Origin: a virus
Lineage: Duplodnaviria; Caudoviricetes
DNA: 46,299 nt
IMG/VR virus record: IMGVR_UViG_3300009159_000107
Span: 1-46,299 of that record
Reading direction: 5' to 3' (one strand)
This document shows, piece by piece, positions 45,355 through 46,299 of this stretch. Each line of letters starts with the position of its first letter. Position 1 is the first letter of the stretch. The notes below the pieces were generated by a model. That model was not told the DNA's origin and ran no database searches. It saw nothing but the letters and a program-made list of their open reading frames with translations. The translations under genes and the position numbers were made by a program.

Positions 45355-46299
45355 ATGGGCGGCAAGAAGGCAACAACGACCTCATCGGTGTCCATACCGC
45401 CAGAGGTTTTGGCGCGTTACAACGCTGTCAACGCACGGGCTGAAACTGCCGCAGCCAAGCCGTTCCAAGCTTTTGGGACCACGGCGGCTGACTATGTTGC
45501 CCAGATGAACGCACAGCAGGGCGCTGGTATCAACGACATCAACGCCACGGCTGGATCATACCAGCCCTACATGACCCAAGCCACAACGGCCACGCAAGCG
45601 GGCATGGGGCCTGCCTACGCTGGCATCGACAACTACATGTCGCCCTACATTAAGAACGTTGCTGACACCACTGGGGCCTATCTGCGCCAACAAGCAGAAC
45701 AGGCACAGTCCGGCGCTCTGGGCAACGCCATTTCATCTGGGGCCTTCGGCGGTGACCGCGCAGGCATCGCCGCAGCAAACCTGCAACAGCAAAACCAAAT
45801 GGCTTATGGCAAGACCATGGCCGACATCCTGAACCAAGGCTACACGCAAGCCCTTGGTGCCTCTCAGGCCGATCTGGCGCGGCAGTTGGCGGGTGGTGAG
45901 CAGTTGGCTGGCCTAGGCGCTCAGTCGCAACAGTTGGGCCTACAGGGCGCACAGGCCAAGATTGCGGCTGGCACCATGCAGCAACAGACTGAACAGGCTG
46001 GCAAAGACGCCATGATCAATAAGTTCATGCAGGAACAGGGCTACCCGTTCCAAGTCGCCCAGTTCCTTGCCAACGTCGCCACAGGAACTGGCGCAGCCGC
46101 TGGCAGCACCACCACAACCCAGACCCCGCGCAACTGGATGGGCTTTGCTGATGGCGGGGTTGTTGGCCCCCGAACTTTCAGCCAGCTAGGCATTGGCGGC
46201 ATGGGCTATGTCCCCGCTGGCGATCTTCCAGTTGGCCAATTGATGGTTGCCGATCCGCCAGATCAAAAGCAGGGTAAGGGCACTGAAGAAGTCATCAAC
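45355..46299 (+). CDS. Putative DNA ejection/internal virion protein (3' truncated, not in ORF track)
   Basis: Open frame MGGKKATTTSS...YMSPY...GAFGGDRAG...QGY.QA..YPFQ..FADGGVV to window end; Gln/Ala/Gly-rich. Confidence 0.75.
   Translation, partial: MGGKKATTTSSVSIPPEVLARYNAVNARAETAAAKPFQAFGTTAADYVAQMNAQQGAGINDINATAGSYQPYMTQATTATQAGMGPAYAGIDNYMSPYIKNVADTTGAYLRQQAEQAQSGALGNAISSGAFGGDRAGIAAANLQQQNQMAYGKTMADILNQGYTQALGASQADLARQLAGGEQLAGLGAQSQQLGLQGAQAKIAAGTMQQQTEQAGKDAMINKFMQEQGYPFQVAQFLANVATGTGAAAGSTTTTQTPRNWMGFADGGVVGPRTFSQLGIGGMGYVPAGDLPVGQLMVADPPDQKQGKGTEEVIN

Noticed and set aside
609-45952. Numerous long minus-strand and alternate-frame ORFs (e.g. 15715-17184, 42161-43249, 1470-2354)
   Set aside because: Shadow ORFs of GC-rich coding sequence. 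They overlap well-supported + strand genes and have no RBS or recognisable motifs.
1-46299. Stop-codon reassignment or prophage integration signals
   Set aside because: Genes are intact and tightly coupled under the standard code, no suppressor tRNA is present, and no integrase, att site or host genes are visible.

Overview
This 46.3-kb window is a large contiguous piece of a GC-rich dsDNA tailed-phage genome, almost entirely on the + strand. It is probably a short-tailed (podovirus-like) phage of an alphaproteobacterial host, inferred from RcGTA-type head-spike genes and a SleB-like hydrolase. Gene order: Prim-Pol/PriCT-2/helicase-like replication protein; small middle genes; an AT-rich (TA)n non-coding region; a cassette-like early region with repeated promoter/operator and leader motifs (includes SprT-like and C39-like peptidases); terminase small subunit, metallophosphoesterase, terminase large subunit; portal; three large modular ORFs; GroES-like co-chaperonin, scaffold, tRNA(CAT), Mu-gpT-like major capsid protein; head spike; adaptor and tail fibre; lysis genes (GH19 endolysin); P22-gp10-like tail protein; GNAT; and a truncated ejection protein. 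The most striking unexplained feature is a short double-glycine motif ([FYMLR]-[KAS]-x-G-G-x-[VIA]). It recurs about 25 times in five late proteins and falls at the boundaries between enzyme-like modules (ADP-ribosyltransferase-like x2, ParB-like, HhH glycosylase-like, unknown) or small basic peptides. This suggests a GG-punctuated polyprotein cargo and processing system, with two candidate processing factors in the same genome. All functional calls come from reading motifs by eye; no database searches were run.
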